From Octopus sinensis (taxonomy: Eukaryota), in contig NC_043000.1 of the NCBI RefSeq assembly GCF_006345805.1, positions 105,710,001 through 105,774,000 on the forward strand: a stretch of DNA of 64,000 nucleotides, read 5' to 3'. The notes beneath the pieces are model-generated. The model searched no databases. It was not told the origin of the DNA and saw only the letters and a program-made list of their open reading frames with translations. A program made the position numbers and the translations under genes. This document shows positions 11,701 through 25,300 of this stretch, in pieces. Within the stretch, counting starts at the first letter, position 1. Every line of letters begins with the position of its first letter.

Positions 11701-12179
11701 TAGGTTGTGTTAATGTTTGAACACCTTTCATATGGTTTGCAGTAGGAACTGTAATAAAATATTGCTCCACAATAGATAATGTGACTCAAAGGTCAAGAGC
11801 AGTGTTTGCAGCCTTTTTTGCCTATGAATTCCTTTGATTCTTATTTTATTCTTTGGAACCCCATAGTCATTTGATGTTAAAAAAAAATTCCATTATATTT
11901 TTATAATTAAATATTATTAGGAATTGTATTAAAAAATAGATAAAATATTTTGTATATTGTAGAAGAACAACTAATTCATTGCACATAAACTTTAGCAATA
12001 AAATCTTATATGGACCCTCAAGGGTTATAGGGACCCCAGTTGAGGACCATTGGTCAAGAGTTTTGTGCATGCTTATTATTAAATTCCATGGGAAATAACT
12101 CTTCTTTTCACCTGAAAATTAATATAATTATTTTCAATGTTTCATTTCATTTCTTTTATGCTTTTCTACATTGAGAGGT

Positions 12180-12300
12180 TACAGCTCCTGTTCTACAGAC
12201 ATGAGATTAGAATGTCAAAGGGAAGAATTGCAAGATGAATACTTCAAAGCTGAGCAAACCAGAAGGAGACCTAGGGGTCAACCAAGGATGAGCTGATTAG
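12180..12300 (+). mobile_element. RTE LINE C-terminal fragment
   Basis: LLFYRHEIRMSKGRIAR* and RRRPRGQPRMS*LDNI resemble the RTE WYGH..RM / GRP..RW.D.I motifs. Confidence 0.55.
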
Positions 12301-13797
12301 ATAATATCATTAGTCCTAGTTGGTTATACTTGGGAACCCAGTTGAAAAAAATCTAAGTTGTTTCTGATAGGAAACTATGGAGAAGGTGCTAGAGGATCTA
12401 CCCTCCACGACCCTCCCAGGCAGAAAAGATGGATGGATTGCCAATTTTTTAAAAGTTTATTACAGGTACTCAAGGCTTGTCCTTTGGTTTATCACTCTTG
12501 TTCCCTCTACAATGTTCCCAGGCTTAAACTAGTATTTTTCTTTTTCTTGCTTAGTCAGGAAAAAGAGCAAGCAGAGTCCATGATCTTTTACAGGGTCTCT
12601 GAGAATAGTGGGATGGAGTGAGGAAGATATTCTCAAAACTTGAAATTTGTTTCTTTAAATCATAATTTCAAATCCTTTTCTTATTTTCCCATAAAACTAT
12701 TCTATCCAGTCTAATTCCCAACTCACCATAACTTAAATGATCCTAGAAATATCCCTGGTGAACAACTGATATCAGAGTCTTTCTGATGCATCAATAACAA
12801 ACATACAATAATGTCTTTCACAACATACATACTCACACATGCATGCATGCACATACATACACACACTCATAATGTGCACTTACACATCCACATACACTAA
12901 CATACACACATGCATGTGTTTACACACACATACACATGCTTAAACACACATACATGCATGCACACCGCACATACACATGCTCAAACACACACCACACACA
13001 GTCATTATTAATGTAAAAAGTATATCTAAAACCTAAAAATCACATAAAAACTATCTAATACTTTGTCACTAATGCATTTTGGTCAATTTCATTAATATTT
13101 CCTATTAACCAATATAATTTCCTATTTACCAATATAATTATAAGATGAAAAAAAATTAAATTAAATGAAGATCATGCATTATAGGTTTGTTGCTGATGAT
13201 ATTGATGATAATGATAACATGACATCAATATTTTTTTAAAAACAAAAATGTATAACAAGATCACCACCTCCACTACCATTGTCATTATGATCACCATCAT
13301 AATCATGATCATTATCATCATACTGACCAGTCCTGTTATCATCATTATCATCACTAACATCATTTATATTATTACTAGTGGTCTCTTCATTATCATCGTG
13401 TCATTATCTATGTGGTCAGCTTTAAATACACTTTCTATAATTGCATGGTAGCAGGAGATTATGGGATGGATATGTTTTTAGTACAGCATTAGGTCACAAG
13501 TCTTATATTTTTCAGCACCATTCTATGTTTATTTTTTCATGTCTGGTATTGGTCAGACTTCATGGTTCATGTCTAACTACTTGTTATACCTAGTTACACA
13601 TACACACACACAAGCTTAAAAGCTGCACTCCACACGGACTTTTAAGCTAGCTCCTGTGGAGGGTTAGTTAATTGGACTTGTGGCCCAAAGCTAAAGAGTG
13701 AAATTATAATAAAGCATTTTTTTGTACCCCACCATCTCAGATTTATATCACATAATATCATATTTGGAGAATTATGTATCATTGTGATATTTGGAGA

Positions 13798-14250
13798 TCA
13801 CTGTAAAGCAGCAGGATAAACAATATTCTTAGTTTTACCATTTGGTGTGAGTATGAAGAGATTGTTCCCATTTCCAAATTTCCAACTCTGGAACAACTAA
13901 CATTGAGCTAACCATGGGAAAAGCAGTGCTGCATGAGGTGAAGTCCAACAATTTTGAGTGATTGTCCTTGACTCTTGTTAATTGGCATTGCAATTCTACA
14001 ATTCTCGAATTCAAAGAGTATGTCTGCTGGAATTAGTGGAATAAACACATTTTCTCTCTTTCCTAGTCCAGTGAGGATTGTTGCTTCCAAAAGATGAGGA
14101 TGCATTTGCCTAACAATCAGTCTTGTTTCATTGCACAGTTCTGGGAGATCCAGATTTCTCAAAAGCATGGTTGGAACTCCTTTCTTCGATGTCAGTTTGT
14201 GAGAAGGCATTCCAGGAGGATCTAAAGAGTTGAGAAATTCAGTAGTTATT
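13798..14250 (-). pseudogene. Helitron PIF1-type helicase C-terminal relic
   Basis: EFLNSLDPPGMPSHKL..GVPTMLLRNL..LCNETRL..EATILTG..VFIP..INKSQGQSL..VG..CFSHG*LNVSCSRVG..TKNIVY..LQ*. Confidence 0.9.
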
Positions 14251-14789
14251 ATTGTAAAAGATATATATGTATATATATTGTGACTTTGCGTCTCTGTTTG
14301 TCCCCCACCACTGCTTGATACCAGTGTTGGTATTGACACCAGTATTGGTGTGTTTACATTCACATAACTTAGCAGTTTGATAAAAAGAGGCCTATAAAAA
14401 AAAGTACCAGGCACAAAAAAAAAAGAACCGGTAATTTGTGTTCACCTATCTCAGTAATACTATGGCCCTGAAACCTCTTGCAGTTGCTTTACCAACTAGA
14501 AATAGCAACACAAATGCTTTTAAATCAGCTCCCAATGCTGAATGTCCAAGAACCAAATGAAGGGCAGATTTTCAATCCTAGGATCATCATACTTCCAAAA
14601 AGGTACAATATGTCTATGTAGAGAAAATGCAGACTGAGATACAGGAGTGCCAGACAGACAGAAGTTCGCTCTTATTCTATATATATATATATAGATAGAC
14701 AGATAGATAAAACTTACTTGGAAAAGGATGCATGGTGTTCGATCATATAATAATATAAATAAAATATTATATATTATTTATATTATTAT

Positions 14790-15060
14790 ATATATATATC
14801 TGCTGCTCAACCACATGGTTCTGAATTCAGTCATACTGTATGGCACCTTGAACAAGTGTCTCCTGTTATAGCTCTAGGATAAGCAAAGCTTTGTGTATGG
14901 ATTTGGTGGCTGGAAACTGAAAGAGGTCCATTGTTATATATGTGTATGCATGTGTGTGTATGTTATTGTTGTTTCCTTGGTTTGACACCATGTAACATTT
15001 GTAAATGAATGTCACCATCATGCAAATGGTGTCCTTTCTTACAAATTTCCATGTTAACAT
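14790..15060 (+). mobile_element. tRNA-related SINE copy
   Basis: ggttctgaattcagtc..gcaccttgaacaagtgtc..gaaactgaaagaggtcc; same family as copies at about 34700-34880 and 54100-54240. Confidence 0.6.
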
Positions 15061-16019
15061 GTCTGGTTATAGGAAAAATCTTAACTTTCTTGAAAACACT
15101 TGATGGTTGAGGACAGGAAGAATATCCAGATGTAAAAAATTCACCTCAACAAGTTCCATCTGCTCCATGTGAGCATGGAAAAGTGGAGATTCAAATAAGG
15201 ATATATATAAAGATGAGAATGTGTGTCTGTCTGTGTGAATCCCTAAAGCATGTGAACTACACAACCAATTTCGTTCAAATTTTACACGTGCCTTACTTTG
15301 GGTCCATGTAGTGTCATGGGCAAAAAAATGTTTAATTTCTTGCCTAGGGCGAGCCCACAGCAATATCATATCTTCTCCACTATTTCAGTATTACGTGTCA
15401 AAAGTGAAACAAAAACATCTCTCTATTGTAATGTCAGATGTTTTCACTTTAATATTGAAACTATTATATAAGTGGGATGAACTGTAAGTGGACATCCCTC
15501 TTATATGTATGTAATATCATTTTTCTGAAACTTTAGACTTTTCAATATGCTACACCACTGGTTTTAAATTGATATTAAACAAATTAATATTCAATTTTTC
15601 ACCCTTATTATTTTAAAATTTAAATTTACATGTATACATATATATAGATGTATATATATATAAATACACATGTATATATATGGATGTATATATATAGATG
15701 TACATGTAATATGTACACATATATACACACATACATAGGTGCAGGTGTGGCTGTGTGGTAACAAACTTGAAATAAATCAATCGCATATATATGTATATAT
15801 GTAAGTCTATGTGTGTCTTTGTGTTTCTCCCTCACCACTGCTGTTCGTTTATTTACAGCCCCGTAACTTACTGGTTTCACAAGAAGAAACTGATAGAATA
15901 AGTACCAGGCTTATCAAAATAAAAAAAGCCACTAAGCAGTGTCTCATATTTTTGTTTGCCCACTCAGTTGTATCTATCTATTAATCTTTGATAACATGTG
16001 ACCCACCTTGATAGATAGC

Positions 16020-16215
16020 AACTTTGGGGAAGGTGGCAAGTTGACTGCATTGACTCCAGTGCTCAACTGGGACTTATTTTATTGACCTTGAAGGGATAAA
16101 AGGCACAGTTGACCGTGGCGGAATTTGAACTCAGAATGTAGAGACAGATAAAATGCTGCTAAGCATTCTGCCTGGCATGCTTATAATTCTGCCAGCTTAC
16201 CACCTTATAATAATA
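16020..16215 (-). mobile_element. tRNA-related SINE copy
   Basis: Reverse complement contains ctggcagaa..gcttagc..ttctgagttcaaattccgcc..(B-box-like)..ataagt; similar copies near 26080-26230 and 32830-32960. Confidence 0.65.
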
Positions 16216-16339
16216 ATAACAACAATAATGTATATATATAGTAAATCCGAAAAAAGAAGAACAAATACAAAAAACAACAAAGCGAGAACATGGTACATGT
16301 GAAGTATTAGCAGACGCTCAGGGAAGGAAAGAAAGATGG

Positions 16340-16373
16340 CTTAACGTTTTGAGCAATGCACTTCCTCAGAAAC
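16340..16373 (-). ncRNA. Degenerate minimal hammerhead (G12A) in a TA-flanked repeat
   Basis: GTTT-CTGAGGA-A-GTGC(ATT)GCTC-AAAAC-GTT-AAGC; minimal ACGU stem III as in PLE hammerheads. Confidence 0.5.
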
Positions 16374-16949
16374 AGAAGTAAGTCCAATAGAAAGGAAGAC
16401 GGAGGAAGAAAATCGCCAACAATTCACATGTAGTTACATTTTGAAATTATATATATATATATATATGTATATATCATCATTTGACTGAGGACTGGTGAAC
16501 CAGATGGCTGCTCCAAGCTCAAATCTGATCTGGCAGAGTTTCTACAGCTAGATGCCCTTATCCTATTGCAAACCATTTTACAAACAGTATTGATGAGGTA
16601 CATTTATCACGTCAATCATCAGAGGTTGTCTGCAGCAGGAGTAAAGAATCCCCATCTATTTGTTTTATTCACATTTGCTGCTCTCCTAGTATGTTGTCTC
16701 TGCTGTAATATGCTGAGTCGATATCTTCACCATTCAGTCTTGTCTTTTATTTGGCATGGCTTTATTTGTCAAGCTCATTTTCAAGGTATATAAAATAAAA
16801 AAAAAGGAGACACATTAAAGGAAAAAGAAAAAAATTTAAAAGATAGTTTCTCAAAGATCCATCATCCTTGAAGACAGAGTCTAAAAAGCACCTGGAGGTG
16901 ATACTAGAAAACCTTGGAATTGAGAAAACAGCAAATCTGCTCAATTGGA

Positions 16950-18130
16950 ATTTTTTGAAATGGAAGAGATTCTAGGAGAAATGTTGAAATTAATCTTTGT
17001 AGGACTCTTCAGTGAATTGGGGGCAATAGAACGTGATCTATCAAGAGCCATGAGCTTTATGAAACACATTACAAAAATCTTGTTACAAGTCCTGATGCTC
17101 AGGTCCATAAATAAAATCAAGCATGAAATATCAGAAAGCACAAGGTGGATTTGTTAAAGGAAAAAAGAACTAATGCTGTGTACATACTGAGAAACATCGC
17201 TGAAAGAGCAATTAAAATACAAAAAGACGTGTATGTTTTCTCATTGATTACACAAAAGTATATGATACAGTAAATCACAAATAAATCATAAAGATTTTAC
17301 AAGATATAAATCTAGATTGAAAAGTCTTACAAATATTCAAGAACATATTAGAAACAAACAGCAGCAATCAGAATCGGAAATGAAATATGACAATGTGAGA
17401 AAATTAAGAGAAGAATATGACAGGGATGTGTGTTATCACCACACCTGTTTCTATTTTACAGTGAAGTAATCATGGAAACTGCAGCAATATCTGTTATGAA
17501 GAAGGCAAAGTCCTCATAGCAACAACAGGGAAAGATTTAAAATCATTAATTAGTACTAATTAATGATGAGAGTAAAAAACATGAGTCTATGTCTTATCAG
17601 AAAAAATTGAAGAGACTGACAATCTTAAAGGTACTACCAATTTGCATTGTAAATATTAATGGCACAATCTTGAGATAGTTTTAAATATTTAGGAACCATC
17701 ATTACATCAGATGGGGAAAACACCAAAGAAATCAAGTCAAGGATTGGATAGCCCAAGGTTGTTTATGGTGAGAGCAAACATTATTATTGAATAAATGGCT
17801 ATCAGTAATAGTAAGAAAAAGAACCCTAGAGGTGTAAATAGAACCCATCCTTACATATGGTTGTATGAGTTGGAACATCAACAAAGAAGTGCAAAAGTTT
17901 ATCAACTCTGCAGAGATGTAGTTCCTAAGAATACTGAGGTCCTATGCAGAGTGACAAGGCCCTTGGACAAGCAAAGACTACCAGAAATCTCCCAAACAAC
18001 ATAAGGAGACAACAGGTTCAGCTCATTGGATATCATATGAAAAGAAAAAAATCCATGGGCACTTGGTGATATTTATGAAACTGAAAGGAAAAGCCAAGGA
18101 AGACAGGAATAAGTTGGTTTCAGAAAGACA
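16950..18130 (+). mobile_element. Decayed RTE/BovB-like LINE RT region
   Basis: IDYTKVYDTVNH (about 17245), QGCVLSPHLF (about 17420), FKYLGTIITSDG (about 17685), LTYGCMSW..AEM*FLR; many disruptions. Confidence 0.8.
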
Positions 18131-19043
18131 AAGCCACAAACATGTTAATTTGTACATGGGAGAGGCGGGTGAGCAGGTCTATAATTGCCAACACCAGTAG
18201 GCAAAGTACAGAAAGATAAATAACCCTTTCTATCACTAACCACCTTGTAGTATGGACTGGGTACATTTTATCATGCCATCAGTACCAGAAAGCATATTCT
18301 GCTGCCTGCCAGTGTTGTCAGATTTCATTTATATCATGCCATCTCCACTCAGTCATTCCTCATCCACTTGCCTCTCCTCCTTTCATCAACCTTATTGTTT
18401 CTGCCTTCCCCCTCTAGGTCATGCATTTATTACTATACTAGAGTCCTTCCTTTTCAGAATATTGGTCCTCTAGAATTCCCTCTCTGCTTCCATTTTTCCT
18501 GCATGAGTTTTCTCAAGAAGAGTACAAATGGCATTAATTCCATTAATCTATGATGGTCATGGGCATTGCCTCTTCAAGACCCAGTAAGTTAAAAAGAAAG
18601 AATTCTTCACCATGTGTCTGTCACATATCTTCTAATGCACTTTTCATCAACAGTTAAACAATGCTTTTGCTTTCTATTTGCAGAGATCAAAATAGATGGA
18701 ACAAGTCATCTGAAAGGTATGATGTCTCAATACAGAACCTGTCTGTGATTCTCAAAGTGACCGTGATTAGCTTCTCCCTGTAAATCAAAAAGTAAAAAAA
18801 AAACACAAAATCATAGTTCTGTTATGTGTTCATCGCCATTTATTCAAGGACATTTAGATATATAAGGTTCTTATAGGGTAGAAATCACAAAAATAAAATC
18901 ACTTTTCTCTGCGTTAAATACCATCAATATATATATATAAGTATTATGTTTAAAACAGCAGTTGAACACTTGGAAGTGACAGTACAATAATAGTGGAGCT
19001 GACAGCACTGTATCTATGTATGTATGTATGTGTGTGTGTGTAC

Positions 19044-19075
<32 letters not shown>

Positions 19076-21914
19076 ATCTATTTATGTAAGTGTGGGTCAG
19101 CAAACTTATATGATCCTTGATACTGCTACTGTTGCTGTATCTTGATCAGAAACTAGATAGATACGTGAACTGTGCACATAGACAGGTAAGTAACTAGTGT
19201 TAGTAAAATACGACACACATGGCCATCCAAGGAAACCTAACGAAAGTGTCATAAAGGTACCAAAGAAAGGCATCACATTTACATTGGTTGTGGAAAAAAC
19301 GGTTTTGATGCCTATGGAACCTGAGAATCTACCTCTGTGCTCACCATCAACAACATACTTCAGAACATGAACACAATGTGTGGCTGAATTTTTTAATAGG
19401 CTGAGAAATAGATTTTCTTCCAAGGTAAAAAAAAAAAAAAAGAAAAAGAAAAAGATAAAACAAAGAAGAAAATCAAAAAGGTGTGATGGAATGAGATGCC
19501 AGTATGAAATTGTGAGGAGAATGTCAGTTTGTGAGCGAGATAGTGTTCTGAGGCAGAAAGGTGTTCCATCATCTTGTAGTCGTGTCATGGTAGAGTTCTA
19601 TTGAACAAAAAAAATAGACAAATAGTACAGTGTGTGTATGTGTGAGAGAGATTTACTGTTATAGTTGAGTATGAAGTCTTATAGCAGGAATTGTGAGATT
19701 TATGCATTTCCCTCAGGCATTAACAATGTTTTCAATTAAGAATCAAAACTGGATTATGGGCTTGCTTTGAAGAGAAATCCCTGCTGAGCTACAAAGCTGG
19801 CCATATGTTTCGATATTTCAGGGAGAAAGAAAATAACAGAAGGACATATTTATCAAATAGTTTATATAACTAGTGAGTATAACTAATTAACTTTTAGTAG
19901 ATGCTATCAATTAAATTTCAAGAGATGGTGTGTGTGCATGTGTAAAGTTAACCAGTTTCTACATATTGACAAGATAGGAAAAGAAAAGATGGATGAACAC
20001 TTTAGAATTGTTTGGTAAAAATGCTGTTAAGAGTTCAAGAAATAATATTGGAACTAGCCAGAAAGAACTAAAAGAAAATGTCAGATGAGTTCTTTTAGTA
20101 ATAGAGAAGGTAGTCTACAGAACATGTCAGTGAAATCAAAATTGTGAGAAAGCTATGAAAAAAAAATCCAAAACAAAACAAAAGACTTTCAATAAAATCA
20201 ACTGATTTTGAGAGAGAGAATATCACTGGATGATTATTTATGAAGATATGTTTATATGTATGTCTTTATTTTAGCCCTCATTTTCAGCCAATGATTCTGC
20301 AGGCTAGCAGAGCCTGGATTAATATTGATACAGTTCAAAAGTGGAATAAATTGGTTTACCATGAGGATGAGGAAAAGTCTATTGTTTCAGGCAGTACACT
20401 TTGTTGGAGAGTGATGTTTCCTGATAGTAACAAATAGATACAGCCTGAAATAGGACTGTGCAGCTAGCAGAGATAAAAAGAGAGAGGGAAAAAAGTCTTC
20501 TGTTTTTAAATATTTACTGTTAGAAAAGAAAACCATGCTTACTGTAAAATAGAAATTATCTGTAGAATTGCAGAGGAAACTACAATCTCAACAACCTCGA
20601 CAGAATTTGAACATACAAATCACGAGGTAGCAGACTACGTTGCTGTGAAAGTAAAAGTATCTATGTCCTCTAGCCCTCTACTACTGTTTTGATTCAACTG
20701 CTGATCACTACATGTGTAGTAATTTCATATTCGACATCAGGGAGGGCAATTTGGTATTTGTTACACGAAAATCTATGTTTGGACAGCAACCAAAGCTAAA
20801 ATGCCAGCAACCTGCACAAATAATCACAAAACAGAAACTCTTAAAGCAAGTCTACTTCTAAAAGAGCTGTTTGTTCAACTCTACAAACACCAACAGTGAT
20901 TTTAGAACTACTTGCTTCATGTCTATGAGAACATTTCATCAATACTGATTCTTGTAACTAGTGAACAGTTACACAGTGAGGCCAGCAGTTCAAAACTGAC
21001 AGAGCCTTTATTTTACAAACACACACCACACACTTGCATCTAGCTGTCCACAACATTAAAGAGAAAACTTTTGAGTCAAAGATGTGATATGCTACTCAGC
21101 ACAGCCCACAGATTGGAGGCAGTATTACAACTGATGGCATAGATGTACAAATGATGGAGGGAAGTCTAAATATGGGACTGGATTTTCAAATCAATGATCA
21201 CAGACTGATTAACATACAGAGCCTTCTAATGTTTACAACTGTATCAATACTATACAGCTATTTCACCAAGAATAGCCCTATAATGTCAGGAACAATGTAT
21301 ATATATATATATATATTTATATTGAACACACAGACATACACCCATGTATATAAATAGGCTTTTTGACTAGGCACAAAAGCAGGATTTGAGAGTAAGGATA
21401 TAGTCAAATGTATCAAGCCAAGTATATAAAGGGAATTTCTTAAGACTAAAGTAACTAGATTCTTCTTCATAAATACCATTAACATCTTCTCTATACCTTC
21501 ATCCAGAGTGCTCAACTGTTCGTAGGCACAAATATCCTTTATGTTGAGAAATTCAACCTAACTTACAACTTTAGGTTTCTTATTGCAAGCAAAGTATGTT
21601 AAAATGAGCCAACAATTTGGCTGCTATTTCTCTGTGGTCATTAAGCCATATAGAAATAACAGCCAAGACTTCCTAAAATCACACAGGTTGAAATGCATCT
21701 GACAATATATCTATTTGATCAGTACTGAGCAGGCTTAAATACAGTTTTATCTTTAAATTTTACTACTAAGATATCATATACACATACGGTAGGTTTTCTT
21801 ACTTACACAAGAGTATATTTATGTTTTTGTACAATAAAGCAAAACAATATGCATAAAAATATTTGTATACAAACATATATCACATCACAACCAAATTAAG
21901 GTTATTCTGGTCAA

Positions 21915-22320
21915 TTGTTATCTCAACAACAACATATGCTGCTGACATATGGAAGAATTGAAAAACAAATTGATACCTTCCGACAAAAATGTCTCCCCAA
22001 ACTCCTGGGCATTAGATGGCAAGACAAGATCACAAATGAGGAGGTGCTTTGAATAGCCAATATCACACACTTAAGTCTTGTCATCAAGAGCAGAAGAATG
22101 CAGCTGACAGGGTATGTCCTACAAATGGGGGACAATATCCCAGCAAGAAGTGCAGTGACATGTTTACCAGTTAGTGGAAAGAGACCAATGGATAGGCCAA
22201 AGAAAACCTGGATATTCACCTCAAAAGATGACCTGCACAGCTGTTGCACAAACTGGTTTCAAGATCCGAATCTTGCCAAAGAAAGATAGAAGAGCATAGT
22301 GGCTTGTTGCACTGAAGTTG
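21915..22320 (+). mobile_element. Decayed RTE LINE C-terminal fragment
   Basis: FRQKCLPKLLGIRWQDKITNEEVL..RRMQLTGYVLQM..GKRPMDRPKKTW. Confidence 0.8.
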
Positions 22321-25300
22321 GAGGAACCAGATGACCACACACACAATAATGGAAAAGATAGAACGGAGGAATGACAAAGTAATTTTCAGGAAATTGGAGA
22401 TGCACACACACACAATGAATGCAAACATGCTCAACTCCTCATCTGTTGTTGACAAAATATCAAAATTTTGACAAACACACACACATACTCATTCAAATTT
22501 TAACTGCTTTTAGTGCCTCAGCTCTAACCTTAAACCTTAAGGTCAATGAAATATTTTTCAGTGACAAATTGAGATTGATTCAATCAAAGATATTCTAACT
22601 GCATTAGATATTAGCCCTGTTTATTTAATATAACATTGCATTTGGTGAACTATCCTCAGTAAATGATACCAATGAGCCAATCACTGCATTTTTGAGTAAC
22701 AAGGGAATATGAGAACATTTCATCAATGCAATAAAAATATTGCAAGAACACTGGTTGTTCTTGTCACTGATCACATCCTTTACTGATTTCTACACACACA
22801 CATGCATACAATAAGCTTCTATAGTTCCCGTATAGCAAATTCTACTCCTAAGTTATTAGTCAACCCAAGGTTAAACTAGAAGAGACTTGCTCAAGGTCAT
22901 GCACATGGGATTGAATTCAGAACCACTTGGTTGCAAAGCTAACTTCTTAACCATACAGCCATGCATGTGGCTAAATTAAAACAAAGCATCACCATCAACA
23001 TCATCATATAGATGTTCGGGAAGATTATTTTTCAGTATCTGAAACCACTCAAACCATCAATTTCCATTCAGTTCAGTGTTCCATACAACTAATCTGCTGT
23101 CACATAGATAAAACAGAAAGACCAAACTGTGCTTTGGTTAGTGATATAACATGAACATACAACTTGTGAGCAGTGACCAATACACTATCCACTTAACACA
23201 TCATGATCAGATCAGTGTCTTGTAACCATATATAAAATGGATATAGTTAATTATGAGCTCCCATAAGTGTAGATAAAGGAAGAAAGAGAGAGACTCTATT
23301 TAAAGACATTACATACCATGGACAAAACATCACTGGAAGTCTATCTTTCGCCAGAACTGTGAACTAAAGGATCACTGGTGATATTATCAGCTTCCTCCAT
23401 CTCCATTATTTCTTACTGTGTTCAACTGTACCTTGACATATTACTTGTTTATGAAATATAATTAAGAAGATTTTGAATGATCTTGGCTAAGGGTAGCACT
23501 GAGGTAATGAAACACTTGTGAAGAAAACAGTGATTACCAAGGTGAACTGTATCTTGCCATGGTATTTATAAATACCAACCATTTCCATAGCCAGTTGAGT
23601 TGTTCAAAAAACTATGATTTATGACTTCTAATGAAAGCACCTTCATAACTCAACCTGCTAGAAATAATAGCCAAATCTCCTTCAAACTACAGACTACCAT
23701 CTTAGAAAAAAGGATACATTTGGTAATGTGGCTATGGGTTCCCTGCATATAGGGTAAAAAGGCAGGATGGTCATGGCTGAGATGCCTTTGATCAGAAGTT
23801 TGCAGAGGCAAAATTACAACAAAAACCAAAGACTATCAATAAGTTTCTCCAGAAATAAACTGAGGCATTTTAATTATTTTTTCAGATTCTAGCAATTCAT
23901 CAATAACATTAGATTTAAACAAGGTAGAAGGTACCCCCACACAAAATTAAATAAGAAATCAGAAAAACCCTGTTGGTTTTTGAAGTGCCTTCACTACCAC
24001 CTATATTCATGGAGAGAACATGGAAGGGTGACTTAGGGTTGTATGCTGACACACTATGTTTGTGTACACACACACACACACACACACATTACATACACTA
24101 ATATAGAAGGCAGGAAAGACAAAATACAAGGAAATTAAGGTAAATAATAGGGAAGAATGAATGCCCAGTCAGATTTGTATTTAATATTCTGTCTTGTGTG
24201 TATTTTTCTCCTTCATACAACGAAAAGTCAGACAACAACAAAAACAACAATCATATTTAGGAATGTTGAAATAAGTAAACAAATGAACAAAAAAAAATAA
24301 AACAAAACAAAAACCCCAGCAAATAGCAGCAAAAGGGGGGAATAAAGGTGGGGTAAATTTGTGTACCCTTGTCAAAGAATACCCACCACCCACCCTCAAA
24401 ACAAGCATGAACCAAAGTTAAGGCCCCACCCCCATTGATTATAACAAATCTAGTGTGTCAATGCAGTTGAAAACAAAGATACAAAAATCAACAAAAAAAA
24501 ATTCTGCACACTTTTCAATCACAGTAAATAAGTGTTTTGTTAAAAAAATTGAGAGAGAGAGAAAGAAAGAGAGAGAGAGAGAGCATTATGTATTTAAAAA
24601 AATGGGGATTCAAATAAAAAAAGCAAACAAAAATTATAGATTGCCAATTATTACAATTAAGATTTTTAGGCAAACAATGAGAGAGAGAGAGAGAGAGAGA
24701 GAGATTAATGATTTCTTACTTAGCACAAAACTCACAGTCCATAGAAGAAAGAATGAGACAGTGTGGCAACCACGCCTTTCTTATGAATGAGAAGTAAAGT
24801 GAGCTTGCTTCATTCAAGCAGAAAGTAAAACTGGCTTTTGAAGACTCAGTTCACTAGTAGCCTCCTGTTCCTCAATGTCCAAAGGAGAAAATTAAACTTA
24901 TTATAATTGAAATATACACATATATAAAGAAAAACTAACAGGAGATAACACCTGCCCTCTAATCTTTTTTAACTGAAATAAAAGATGCTGTAAGGCAAGC
25001 AGAAATTTTTACAAGAAAATCTTGTATTTTTGTGAAAGGTTAATTTGAAAATCTTGTTTCAAAAGTAAATTAATGCCAGCAATTAGTTAAAAAACAAACA
25101 GAAAAGTGGTTTCACCCTTTAACCATTTTTTTTCCTAGACCACACTTGGTGTCCCGTTGCCAATGAACCTGGAACAAACTGGAATGTTTGTTCATTCTAA
25201 ATTTTAAAATTCTATGCAAATGAGAAGAAAATATAAATTGTATGCTTAAAAAGATGTAGAGTTGCTATTAACAAGTTTATAATTTTGCATACTATTATTG

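Noticed and set aside
13590-13680. Possible Helitron 3' hairpin and CTAG end
   Set aside because: The hairpin-to-CTAG spacing and flanking base do not fit well; cannot be called.
19106-19604. 160-aa and 74-aa overlapping ORFs
   Set aside because: Driven by a poly-A/purine run; no domain similarity or compatible splice structure.
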